Below are positions 20,478-28,754 of a DNA stretch of 64,000 nt, piece after piece. The stretch covers positions 7,102 through 71,101 of the forward strand of contig CAXUEQ010000003.1 in assembly GCA_964250175.1 (NCBI GenBank), in the 5' to 3' direction. Each line of letters opens with the position of its first letter. Position 1 is the stretch's first letter. Made by a program: the position numbers and the translations under genes. The notes below the pieces were generated by a model. The model searched no databases. It was given only the letters and a program-made list of their open reading frames with translations, and was not told where the DNA came from. Source of the DNA: an uncultured Sphingobium sp. GTDB taxonomy: Bacteria; Pseudomonadota; Alphaproteobacteria; Sphingomonadales; Sphingomonadaceae.

Positions 20478-21086
20478 TTATTGGCTAATGACGGCTGTGC
20501 TGACGTTCGCCGCGACAGGTATTGCCATCGGTGCAACAGGAGCGGTTTCTGCAAAAACCAGAGGGACATCTTCGCCGATAAAGCCCTTTATCTGCGCGCC
20601 GGAATCGATCCGCGCGCTGGTGCCGGTCGTAAAGAACCCGACGACCGGAATTAGAAGAACCGCCCCAACAACGGCTCCCGTACCAGTCACACCCTTGTCG
20701 TCAAACGTGCCGGTAAGCCGGATTTGGCGGCCGTTCACACTGACATACAGCAGGTTTGCGGTGAGGTGGCCGGACTTGCCCCACATGCCCTTGTTGCGGA
20801 CTTCCGTCACTTCTCCCGTGGCGGGTGCACCGACAGGAATAACGGTTTGGCCGCCAACCTTGACGGGCTCGACAACAGCGAGTTGAAAGTGTTGACCGAC
20901 GCGAAGCTTCTTGCCCTCGGTGCTGAGGCCTTCCTGCATTTTCAATTGGATTTCCGTGCCCGTACGCAGCATCTGCGTCGAAGCTGGCCCGACAGCGAGC
21001 GCAGGCGTCGCAGGCGCGGCGACCTGCGCAAATGCGGCGACAGGCAAAGCGGCAGCGCACACGGCCGCGATAAATGCTGATTTCAT
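20478..21086 (-). CDS. Exported beta-rich hypothetical protein
   Basis: Signal peptide; KGMWGKSG; C-terminal hydrophobic segment. Confidence 0.7.
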   Translation of the reverse strand: MKSAFIAAVCAAALPVAAFAQVAAPATPALAVGPASTQMLRTGTEIQLKMQEGLSTEGKKLRVGQHFQLAVVEPVKVGGQTVIPVGAPATGEVTEVRNKGMWGKSGHLTANLLYVSVNGRQIRLTGTFDDKGVTGTGAVVGAVLLIPVVGFFTTGTSARIDSGAQIKGFIGEDVPLVFAETAPVAPMAIPVAANVSTAVISQ

Positions 21087-21173
21087 GGTATCCCCCAAAT
21101 AGCCCTACGGCTGTTAGGTTTGTTGGAACCTGCCGGACATCGAGTCAAGCGAAGCGGTACGATACCGAAACAT

Positions 21174-21725
21174 TCAGGGAAATTCACGGCCTGTCGAGAA
21201 GGCCGTGGACGGCAAAGGAATGACCACCATCGCCGCCGCGATGGCCTGCATTAGCACATCCGTCGGCACTGGCACACTCACGCTGACATAGCCCACATTC
21301 TGAGCCCGCCGCGTGCCATACCGCCCGATCCACTCCTTCCCATGCTGACGCCAAGCGCGCTGCAGCGGCACGACCGGGAGCAGGTAGCAGACGCCGGACG
21401 GTGCGAAGGCATAGGCGATGAAATCACAGGCCAGTGGCTTCTGCACCCAGCCAGGGATGCGCCGGGCTTCGTCGCTCCATCGCTCCAGCAGGATGTCGGG
21501 CCAGTCCTCCATTCGGACCTTCTCGTCCACGGTGTAGGTCCGGCCGCAATCGAGGGTTAGAACGCGATCAATGCCGCCACGCTGTGCCCAGCCGTCGTTG
21601 CGCACGGCCACGGCAGAGGCAAGTTTCGGAAAGGCCCGGCGATATATGTCGATCCACCATGGCGCGTCCGTGAAGCTCTCGGATAGGGCGAGGCTGTCGC
21701 TGAACCTGTGGCGTCGGGGACGCAA
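21174..21725 (-). CDS. Putative PD-(D/E)XK nuclease-fold protein
   Basis: QRGGIDR...VDEKVR...DILLE.W; start uncertain (TTG 21725 chosen). Confidence 0.55.
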   Translation of the reverse strand: MRPRRHRFSDSLALSESFTDAPWWIDIYRRAFPKLASAVAVRNDGWAQRGGIDRVLTLDCGRTYTVDEKVRMEDWPDILLERWSDEARRIPGWVQKPLACDFIAYAFAPSGVCYLLPVVPLQRAWRQHGKEWIGRYGTRRAQNVGYVSVSVPVPTDVLMQAIAAAMVVIPLPSTAFSTGREFP

Positions 21726-21786
21726 CGAAATGCCCCGATCCTTTCGAACCGGGGCACCAAGGTTGCTTGGCAGCAAGGATGGGCGG

Positions 21787-22095
21787 CTATTCGGGTTCGC
21801 GTTCGTATCCCCAATAACTGAGTCCACGCAGCGGGAATGGCGCGCGACCATCATCCTCGGCTGTGCATTGATCCTCGCCGTCGGGTTCTTAATCAGAATC
21901 GCCGTCCAGATCATCCATGCGGCCGATCGCCTGCTGGACCAGCCGGGCCAGCGACTGCCGAGGAAGCGACGGTATAACTGCCAACATCCAATCAAGCGAA
22001 CCGATCGGCACCGTGCGCCGGCGATCGCGTCGTCTCAGCCACATTCTGTCGCGGCGCGGACGAAGCCATGCGACACGACGGGCGCGACTAACCAT
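21787..22095 (-). pseudogene. Small phage-type gene interrupted by TAA at 21889-21891
   Basis: Frame reads MDDLDGDSD*EPDGEDQCTAEDDG...EPE*; acidic motif continues across the stop. Confidence 0.45.
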
Positions 22096-22306
22096 ATGCC
22101 GCCTCCATTACGGTGGTCGAGATGATGTGCGCCTTGACCAGTTCCCGCTTGTCAGGGTCACGAAGCACCTCATGTTCGAAGGCTATAAGGTCCCCATCCA
22201 CCGGTCCGCTGAGCCAGACGCCATTACTGGTGTTGGCGTAGCGTCCGCCTATCTCGACAAAGCGATCAAGCCAGGCGGCAGGGTCGAATTGCTGGTCCAC
22301 GCTCAT
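22088..22306 (-). CDS. Hypothetical protein
   Basis: ATGA-coupled operon member; FDPAAWLDRF..IGG. Confidence 0.65.
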   Translation of the reverse strand: MSVDQQFDPAAWLDRFVEIGGRYANTSNGVWLSGPVDGDLIAFEHEVLRDPDKRELVKAHIISTTVMEAAYG

Positions 22307-22611
22307 CGCAACTCCTTCCGCTCATATTCGCCACACCACGTCGCATGCCATGTCACCGGCCAGAGGCAGGAGTTATGCACAGCGATGCAAGTCGCGAGGT
22401 CGTCCGGGTCATGATGATGACCGCCAAACCCAACTGGACCGATAGCTATCGACGCCATGTGGTCGGAAACCACGGGTGGGAACCGCCGACACCCGCCAAA
22501 AGCTAAAAAGTCTTCAATTACGGGGCCATCCTCGTCAGGGGTGTTGTCCGTTGGACCCTTAGGATCGGCGAGCCAGAAGCGACAGGACTTGCATGTATCG
22601 ATCTGATTCAT
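22303..22611 (-). CDS. Small Cys-rich phage-type protein
   Basis: CKSCRFW...GCRRFPP...WPVT....WCGEY. Confidence 0.72.
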   Translation of the reverse strand: MNQIDTCKSCRFWLADPKGPTDNTPDEDGPVIEDFLAFGGCRRFPPVVSDHMASIAIGPVGFGGHHHDPDDLATCIAVHNSCLWPVTWHATWCGEYERKELR

Positions 22612-23234
22612 CCCGCCCTCCCGCTAAAGAGGCGTGCTTCCGCTTCTAGCACCTCGTCCCAGCAATCCGTTTCTCGCCCATCGCTGTGAGCGATGAGATA
22701 TTTAAGCGCAAACGCTGCCGCATCCGGTGATGGGCATGCGATAAGGGCTTCTTCAGCTTGACAGCGAACATCCATCAGCCTTTCGGATTCGGCCCACATG
22801 GCTGGTGTAATTGGCTCCGACGCTGCGCGCCATTTTGTGACATTTTCTGGTTCTATGCCAAGGAAGTGGGGCGAGATTGTCTCTGCATCCCAAGCGCGTT
22901 CAGCTTCTCGCGCCGCATTGTAGGCGTTGAGCGATGACAGCCATTCCGGAGATGCTTTTGCGCGGTTCGCCAGCCGCCGAATATCATCATAAACATATTG
23001 CGCTTCGCCACCGCTTCCAAAATCCTCGATCCCATATTGCTCGATGAGAATATTCATCTTCTCCGCGAGTTGGCCGATGTTAGACACTGGAAAACTCGCC
23101 ACAGCTTTCACGGACCCGCAAAGGCTGGTCGTCAATTCGCTAGGCATATCTTGGGGGCCGTGATGTGCTTCGACTGTCTGTAAGACTGCACGCATCTCGG
23201 AGACGACCGTTTGCCATGATTTATTCATGGTCAC
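22608..23234 (-). CDS. Hypothetical helical protein
   Basis: Coupled operon member; two A.P......A.K motifs (FPVSNIGQLAEK, CPSPDAAAFALK). Confidence 0.68.
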   Translation of the reverse strand: MTMNKSWQTVVSEMRAVLQTVEAHHGPQDMPSELTTSLCGSVKAVASFPVSNIGQLAEKMNILIEQYGIEDFGSGGEAQYVYDDIRRLANRAKASPEWLSSLNAYNAAREAERAWDAETISPHFLGIEPENVTKWRAASEPITPAMWAESERLMDVRCQAEEALIACPSPDAAAFALKYLIAHSDGRETDCWDEVLEAEARLFSGRAG

Positions 23235-23707
23235 GCCTCCATGCTTTGCAGCGAACGGAGCGCGGCCAGCATTAAGCGGGCGTTCCAGTCGAGAGTGCCG
23301 TCCATTCGGTCGAGGGCCGCGAAATCACCCCTGTTCACCGCATCACTGCCTTTGCGGTCTGTTATGCTATGATACATCGCACACCAGAGCTGGATCGTAG
23401 CGCCGTGCGGCGTGGTGGCAGTGATAGAGCGGATTTCTTCTTCCGCTTCGTCGATAATGTCCCACAGTTCGCGCTCGCCCGGAGCATATCCGGCTGCAAC
23501 AGGGCCATCATAGATGGGGAGAGCAATGAAGGCTGCATAGCTATCCTGCCGACGCTTCCACGCCGAAATTATAACAGCATCTCCAGACTGAGACGGTAGG
23601 GCTGCCACGAGGCCGGTCGAAGCTATGGCCATTGTCGGTACTGACGCGACGGAAAGCATGGCAAGCGCGCGCATGACATCACGCCGCGAGGACGGTAAGG
23701 TGTTCAT
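23231..23707 (-). CDS. Hypothetical protein with Tat-like N-terminus
   Basis: SSRRDVMRAL followed by a hydrophobic stretch; first gene of the operon. Confidence 0.68.
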   Translation of the reverse strand: MNTLPSSRRDVMRALAMLSVASVPTMAIASTGLVAALPSQSGDAVIISAWKRRQDSYAAFIALPIYDGPVAAGYAPGERELWDIIDEAEEEIRSITATTPHGATIQLWCAMYHSITDRKGSDAVNRGDFAALDRMDGTLDWNARLMLAALRSLQSMEA

Positions 23708-23794
23708 AGTCGTATTCCCTCTTCCACAGGGTTGCGATCAGACCGGGTGCGGGGAGCTTCCACCTTCCCCATCCGGTCACTCCTACTTCAGGAG

Positions 23795-23858
23795 TGATAC
23801 TATTGTTATCAGCGATGTTTGATTGCGTCAACGCCGTTCTGATACTATGGTTATCAGC
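23795..23858. promoter_or_regulatory. Two 19-bp operator-like repeats between divergent genes
   Basis: TGATACTATTGTTATCAGC (23795) and TGATACTATGGTTATCAGC (23840), each TGATA-N7-TATCA. Confidence 0.78.
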
Positions 23859-24089
23859 ATGACGCCTGAACAGTCTCGTATGGCCAGAGCCGCTCTCGGC
23901 TGGTCCCTCACTCGCCTTTCGACTGAAGCAGGGATAGGTCGCGCGACTGCCGCGAGGTTTGAGCTTGGCGATGCCATGAACGCGGAATCAGTAGCGGCCA
24001 TAGGCAAAGCCTTCGCGTCTGCGGGTCTGGTTCTGATCGAGGATGGGAAAATCTCTCGTGCTGGCGGCGTCGGCGTCCGCTTGAAATAG
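23859..24089 (+). CDS. XRE-family HTH repressor
   Basis: MTPEQSRMARAALGWS...LS..AGIG..T..RFE.G...GVGVRLK. Confidence 0.85.
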   Translation: MTPEQSRMARAALGWSLTRLSTEAGIGRATAARFELGDAMNAESVAAIGKAFASAGLVLIEDGKISRAGGVGVRLK

Positions 24090-24248
24090 GCCAGCCATCC
24101 GGAAGTCCCACCTTCTTCGATCGAGCATAGTGCTGGTCTGACCGAACTCGCACTCCATGCCTTGGCAGGCTGAAAGCTTCTCGGATGACCTTTACGAACG
24201 CATTGCCGTGAAGCCGGCGCGGCTCTTTAGAAGCCGATTTCTACCCAA

Positions 24249-24668
24249 TTAGCTTTCGGTATCTTCTGACTCGTCGTGTTCTGAGCGTTCTTGCTCAACA
24301 CGATGCTCTATAGCTTGGGCGAATGCCTCGCATCCCTCTACGAACGAGGTGCTGGAGCCGGAACATTCGCTCGCGTCAGTAACGCCATTTTCCTTTGCCC
24401 ACTCAAACCCGGCGTCGTGTCCGCCGCAATCGTCAGTGCATGTGGAGGGGTCACCGACGTCCGAGAATGACGACGCTGCGACATCGTCCTTGGCATCGTC
24501 ACGCGCGGAGTCTTCGTCAAAGTTTCCTTTGGGATTGAAGAGCGTCGTGGAACCTTCGACTACATGACGGTCTGCTTCCGTGTCGCGCCCCTTAGTCGAA
24601 CTCCACCACAGTATCGCGACGATTATTAGGATAATCCATACCCATCCGCCGCCATTTTTCTTATCCAT
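24249..24668 (-). CDS. Membrane-anchored protein with Cys-rich periplasmic domain
   Basis: N-terminal TM; CTDDCGGHDAGFEWA...EC...SFVEGC. Confidence 0.75.
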   Translation of the reverse strand: MDKKNGGGWVWIILIIVAILWWSSTKGRDTEADRHVVEGSTTLFNPKGNFDEDSARDDAKDDVAASSFSDVGDPSTCTDDCGGHDAGFEWAKENGVTDASECSGSSTSFVEGCEAFAQAIEHRVEQERSEHDESEDTES

Positions 24669-24796
24669 CGCTCGCCCCCGTCCGACCGCAAAAGGCTATC
24701 GGAATCCCGAGAAAGAGTGCGGTCCTATGAAAGTTCGGCGCGGTGTTCCTTGTCTTAGCGACTTGGTGGTTCGACTAGGCGAGTGCTTTCCCAGCG

Positions 24797-25237
24797 TCAG
24801 TTGATAGTGCCCTCCAATTTGACCGCACCCGCTTTGGTCGCCTCGTTGACAGCGTTGTGAGCGAGAAATTCGCTCATCTGGTCAAACGTGCGTCCGGCAT
24901 AGGTCTCGACGTCCTCACCTACGCCGCACTGGTTCGCGACAGCCCAAATTTCGGGCAGGTCGTTCTTGGCATAACCGATCATCTCGGGTCGTAGTGCTTG
25001 CCAACTGTCGATGGTGCGCCGAACTTCGTCGCCAGCCCACGCCGAGAAAGTATCAAAGTTCGCGGGAATATCTCCGCTCAGTTTGGTCGCAAGTTCGTTC
25101 ACGAGATTAAGCCCGATGGGATCGAGACGATATGCGCGCCATTCCGTAATCGCCGCCACCAAGTCCGATCGATATGCTTTGACGCGGCGCAACGCCAACT
25201 TCAGCGTGAGACGCTCGAAATATCCCGATAATGTCAT
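24797..25237 (-). CDS. Hypothetical protein
   Basis: 146-aa ORF with AGAAAGG RBS, co-oriented downstream of the ejection genes. Confidence 0.58.
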   Translation of the reverse strand: MTLSGYFERLTLKLALRRVKAYRSDLVAAITEWRAYRLDPIGLNLVNELATKLSGDIPANFDTFSAWAGDEVRRTIDSWQALRPEMIGYAKNDLPEIWAVANQCGVGEDVETYAGRTFDQMSEFLAHNAVNEATKAGAVKLEGTIN

Positions 25238-25251
25238 ACTATGCCTTTCTG

Positions 25252-25524
25252 TCAGTGAACGGTCTGCCAGCCTGTTAGCGGCGGAACTGGCATGGCCAGA
25301 GCGGCCGCTGCGCTCGCGAGGAGCGAAACGATACCGCCGACGTCTTCGAATCTCTCCGGGGTATTATCCGGCACAGCGTTGCGGGTGACGTAAAGCGCCG
25401 TGCTGCGATCGACTGCTGGATGCTGTGACAACGCATCCGCAATCCAGGCTATCTTATCGAGCCTGTGACCACCGACGAGGAACAATTCCCTCTTCAGCTC
25501 GGGCGGAAAATAGAAAAGCGACAT
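25252..25524 (-). CDS. Hypothetical protein
   Basis: 90-aa ORF directly downstream of the gp16-like gene. Confidence 0.5.
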   Translation of the reverse strand: MSLFYFPPELKRELFLVGGHRLDKIAWIADALSQHPAVDRSTALYVTRNAVPDNTPERFEDVGGIVSLLASAAAALAMPVPPLTGWQTVH

Positions 25525-25595
25525 AGTAACTTCGCCTTGCTTACAGGCCGCGCCGTTGTAGCGCCGGCCAATGGGAGGTAGGAAGCGACATGCGA

Positions 25596-28500
25596 TTACG
25601 GCGCGGCATATTCCTGTTGGCGATCGGGTTCGGACTGTGGTGGTTCAACATCGAGGGGGGTATCGCCGCCTTCCTGCGCTGCGATCTTTGCCGGACCAGC
25701 GCCGCCAAAGAATGAGCCGAGTCGTTGCTGTAGTTGAAGCACATCATTGGCGATGGCCGGTTCGGCTCGCGCAATGCTGGTCAGGTGCTTGAGATAGGCG
25801 GCGCTTGCTTGCGGGTTGGCCTTCTTCGGTGCCTTGGCGATCCAGTTAAGCAGCCGTTTTGATGTCAGGATTTCCGCGCTGATCCGCTGTGTTCCCGCAC
25901 GCGCTGCGGGGATAGCAAGCCCGGCTGCAACAAAGGGGTGGCCCATTAGCAGGGAAGCGGCCGCCATACCCAGCGATCCCGTGGTGCGATCAAAACTAAT
26001 GATCGCGCCGGAATTGCTATGTCCTGCCAACTTTTCAGATGCTTTCACACGCTCTGCGATCCGTGCCAGATCATTCATGTTCGACCGCATATCAGCGTTT
26101 CCGAAGAGGACGGTTCGGCCTTCATCAGTCAGGCGATTCCAACGCGTTAGAAACTGCGAGATCGAGAACGCGTCCCCGTCCGCATTCTGGGCACCGGCAT
26201 TCGCCAGTCCCATGCGGTGGATGATCGCCGACCGCACCGCATTGGCTTCCTCGGGGCTCTGACGCATCAGGGTCGCTTGAAAGCGGGCACTGTCGCCCTT
26301 GCTCTCACCCATCCGCTCGACCGCGTGGAACACCTGCTCGCCACTCATACCCGCGAATGGGTTCTTGTCTGCCATTGCTGCCCGATCCGCTGCATCGTCC
26401 ATAATGCCACGCAGGCCTGGTTGAGGCAGGAGGATGGAGCGCCCTCTGTCGGAAATATTGCCCCAGTTCTTGCTCAACTTCTTTGGATCGAACTCCGGCC
26501 CACCCCGCACCCGACTGACGATCGATGCTCGCACGATGCCGGCATCCTCCTTGGGCAACGTGCGCATCACGCGACTGAAGGCTGCATCGTTCCCCGAAGC
26601 CCCTTGGTGCAGCATGTTGTCGAGAACAGCCATTGCCTCGTTCGGCGTCATGTCCTTGCGTTCGCCGACAACCATGGAGAGCGTGTCGTTCACCCGCTTC
26701 ATCCGTCCGTCATAATAGTTGTTGGCCCGCTTCCATTTTGCAAAAGCCTCGGGACCTTGGGCTTTCGCGGTGGCCTCCATATCCCGCGACAGGGCGCCAT
26801 AAAGTGCGCGCAGTTGGCGAGGCGCGATCTTATCGACGAGGCGCGGGTCGCTTAGCATATCACCAACACGGGTGCGGAAATCCGAGAGATCGGACCAGGA
26901 CAGGTTGCCGCCTTGCTGGACATCACGCGTCGGACCACGTCCAGAATACAATGATGGGTCGGCTGCCGGTTCCTTTACCGTCTTCGGCGTGAGAGCCTTG
27001 AGATAGCCCGACAAGCGGCTGCTGCCGAACAACTTGCCCAGTTCGGGATTGCTCTCCATCGTCGTCGTCAGGTCGGACAGCGCCGCGCGCGTATTCGTAA
27101 CGCTGGCACCAGCCTCCGGCGCGATCGGCACGGCATCGTAGAGCTGGGACGCTTTTTCCGCCGTATCGTCCATCCACCGCGATATGCCGCGCTGCACCAG
27201 TTGTCCGGCACCGGTATAATCGAGGCGCTGCCCAAGCGCGTTTTGCACTGATCCGGACAGGTTCTCCGCGGCGGTTGCCGATCGGCTCGCTGCCTGTTCG
27301 GCGTTCGCCTGGATCGATCGGCCAACATCAGCGACATTCTGTTGGTCGCCAGCCAGACTACCGACCCGATTTCGAAAGCTGTCATACAGTTTGTTTGCGG
27401 CGCGACCGACAACGCTCGTTCCAAAGGTGGATTGCGCTGCGCCCTGGGTCGCCCGACCGATGCCCGGGCCCGCTACATCCTGCGGCAGGATGTCCACCCC
27501 CTGACGTTCGGCGGCGGCGGCTATCTCCGCCGCATCAGACGGAACAGCCGAGCGAGCAGCAGCAGCCCGAGCGGCGAAGCGCGGCGCAAGGATTTCGCCC
27601 GTGGCGCCGAGCGCGCCAGCTCCGGTCGCACCAATGGCCCCTTCGGTAAGTCCGCCGAGAACGCGGTCCCCCAAGTCACCATCAGTCGCCCCGAACCCAT
27701 GCGCCGTGCCAACCGTGCCCCCTTCCAACATGATGCGATTGCGGGCCGCTGCTGCCGCAATAGCCCTAGCTTCGCGCATACTCATACCCGCGCGGAGAGC
27801 TTCACGACCAGCCTTATATGCCATTCCCTCCATTCCGGACGGGATGACCAGGCCACCAATAAGCTGACCGGCGATCCGGGCAACGGGATGATCTGCCTCA
27901 TCGCCCTGCAGAATGCCCCGGTTCGTATCGATGTTGCGGCCGAGAAGATCACCGAACGATTTATCGCTATTCCAGACGTTTTCCCGACCCTGCCCAGGGG
28001 CAATCGTGTCGAGGATGCCGCCAGTTTCATCCAGTGTTCCGGCGAAAGGAATGTCAGCCAGACCGCGCCCGAAAGCATTGCCCGCCCCGCCCGCGTTCAG
28101 CATTTCGAACTTAGGGAGATTATATTGGGCATCCACGTTTACGCCATGCCCAGCATCACGCGCCTGAGCGATCTCTTCGGCATTGACGAGGGAGAAGCCA
28201 TGTGCCGCCGCATATTCGCGTAGCTGAGCGGCTGTCCCGCCTTGCTTCAACAAGTCGTAAAACCCGGACTCATCCGCATCTGCCATTCGGGATATGGCCT
28301 GCTCAGGGGCCTGGTCCGAGGTATATGCCTCCGTGTCGCTATGGACCTCGGGAATACTGGCCGGCGCGTCTTGAAAATGAGCGAATGGGTCCTGTTGCGC
28401 AGGCTGGCCACCGCCATATTCCTTGGCCTGCTCATTATGCAGTGATCGAGCATAGGCTGTCGCATGGTCGGCAGTATCGAACACGCCCAGATGTTTGCCG

Positions 28501-28754
28501 GTGCGGCGGTATAGCGCGATGGCGTCCGCGTCCGTCAAAACTCGCCCGTCGTTTGAAACGGCAGGAATCAGCACTTCGCCTTGATCCGTGCCGATCGAAA
28601 TCGACCGAACCGTGGAAATAGTGCCATCAGTGTTTTTGACGACGGGCCGACTATGCAGATCGATATTGCCCGGAGCTTTTAGGCCCACCATTAAAGGCGG
28701 CGCACCAGCATCGCCGGGGGCGTCGGCGAAGTTTGCCCATGGATCACCTGGCAT
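25596..28754 (-). CDS. Large DNA ejection/internal virion protein (P22 gp16 position)
   Basis: 1052 aa, Ala/Gly-rich helical; DPWANF/DPFAHF repeats; RPVVKN.DGTISTVRS...GKHLG virion domain; TAATG coupling to the gp20-like gene. Confidence 0.72.
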   Translation of the reverse strand: MPGDPWANFADAPGDAGAPPLMVGLKAPGNIDLHSRPVVKNTDGTISTVRSISIGTDQGEVLIPAVSNDGRVLTDADAIALYRRTGKHLGVFDTADHATAYARSLHNEQAKEYGGGQPAQQDPFAHFQDAPASIPEVHSDTEAYTSDQAPEQAISRMADADESGFYDLLKQGGTAAQLREYAAAHGFSLVNAEEIAQARDAGHGVNVDAQYNLPKFEMLNAGGAGNAFGRGLADIPFAGTLDETGGILDTIAPGQGRENVWNSDKSFGDLLGRNIDTNRGILQGDEADHPVARIAGQLIGGLVIPSGMEGMAYKAGREALRAGMSMREARAIAAAAARNRIMLEGGTVGTAHGFGATDGDLGDRVLGGLTEGAIGATGAGALGATGEILAPRFAARAAAARSAVPSDAAEIAAAAERQGVDILPQDVAGPGIGRATQGAAQSTFGTSVVGRAANKLYDSFRNRVGSLAGDQQNVADVGRSIQANAEQAASRSATAAENLSGSVQNALGQRLDYTGAGQLVQRGISRWMDDTAEKASQLYDAVPIAPEAGASVTNTRAALSDLTTTMESNPELGKLFGSSRLSGYLKALTPKTVKEPAADPSLYSGRGPTRDVQQGGNLSWSDLSDFRTRVGDMLSDPRLVDKIAPRQLRALYGALSRDMEATAKAQGPEAFAKWKRANNYYDGRMKRVNDTLSMVVGERKDMTPNEAMAVLDNMLHQGASGNDAAFSRVMRTLPKEDAGIVRASIVSRVRGGPEFDPKKLSKNWGNISDRGRSILLPQPGLRGIMDDAADRAAMADKNPFAGMSGEQVFHAVERMGESKGDSARFQATLMRQSPEEANAVRSAIIHRMGLANAGAQNADGDAFSISQFLTRWNRLTDEGRTVLFGNADMRSNMNDLARIAERVKASEKLAGHSNSGAIISFDRTTGSLGMAAASLLMGHPFVAAGLAIPAARAGTQRISAEILTSKRLLNWIAKAPKKANPQASAAYLKHLTSIARAEPAIANDVLQLQQRLGSFFGGAGPAKIAAQEGGDTPLDVEPPQSEPDRQQEYAAP

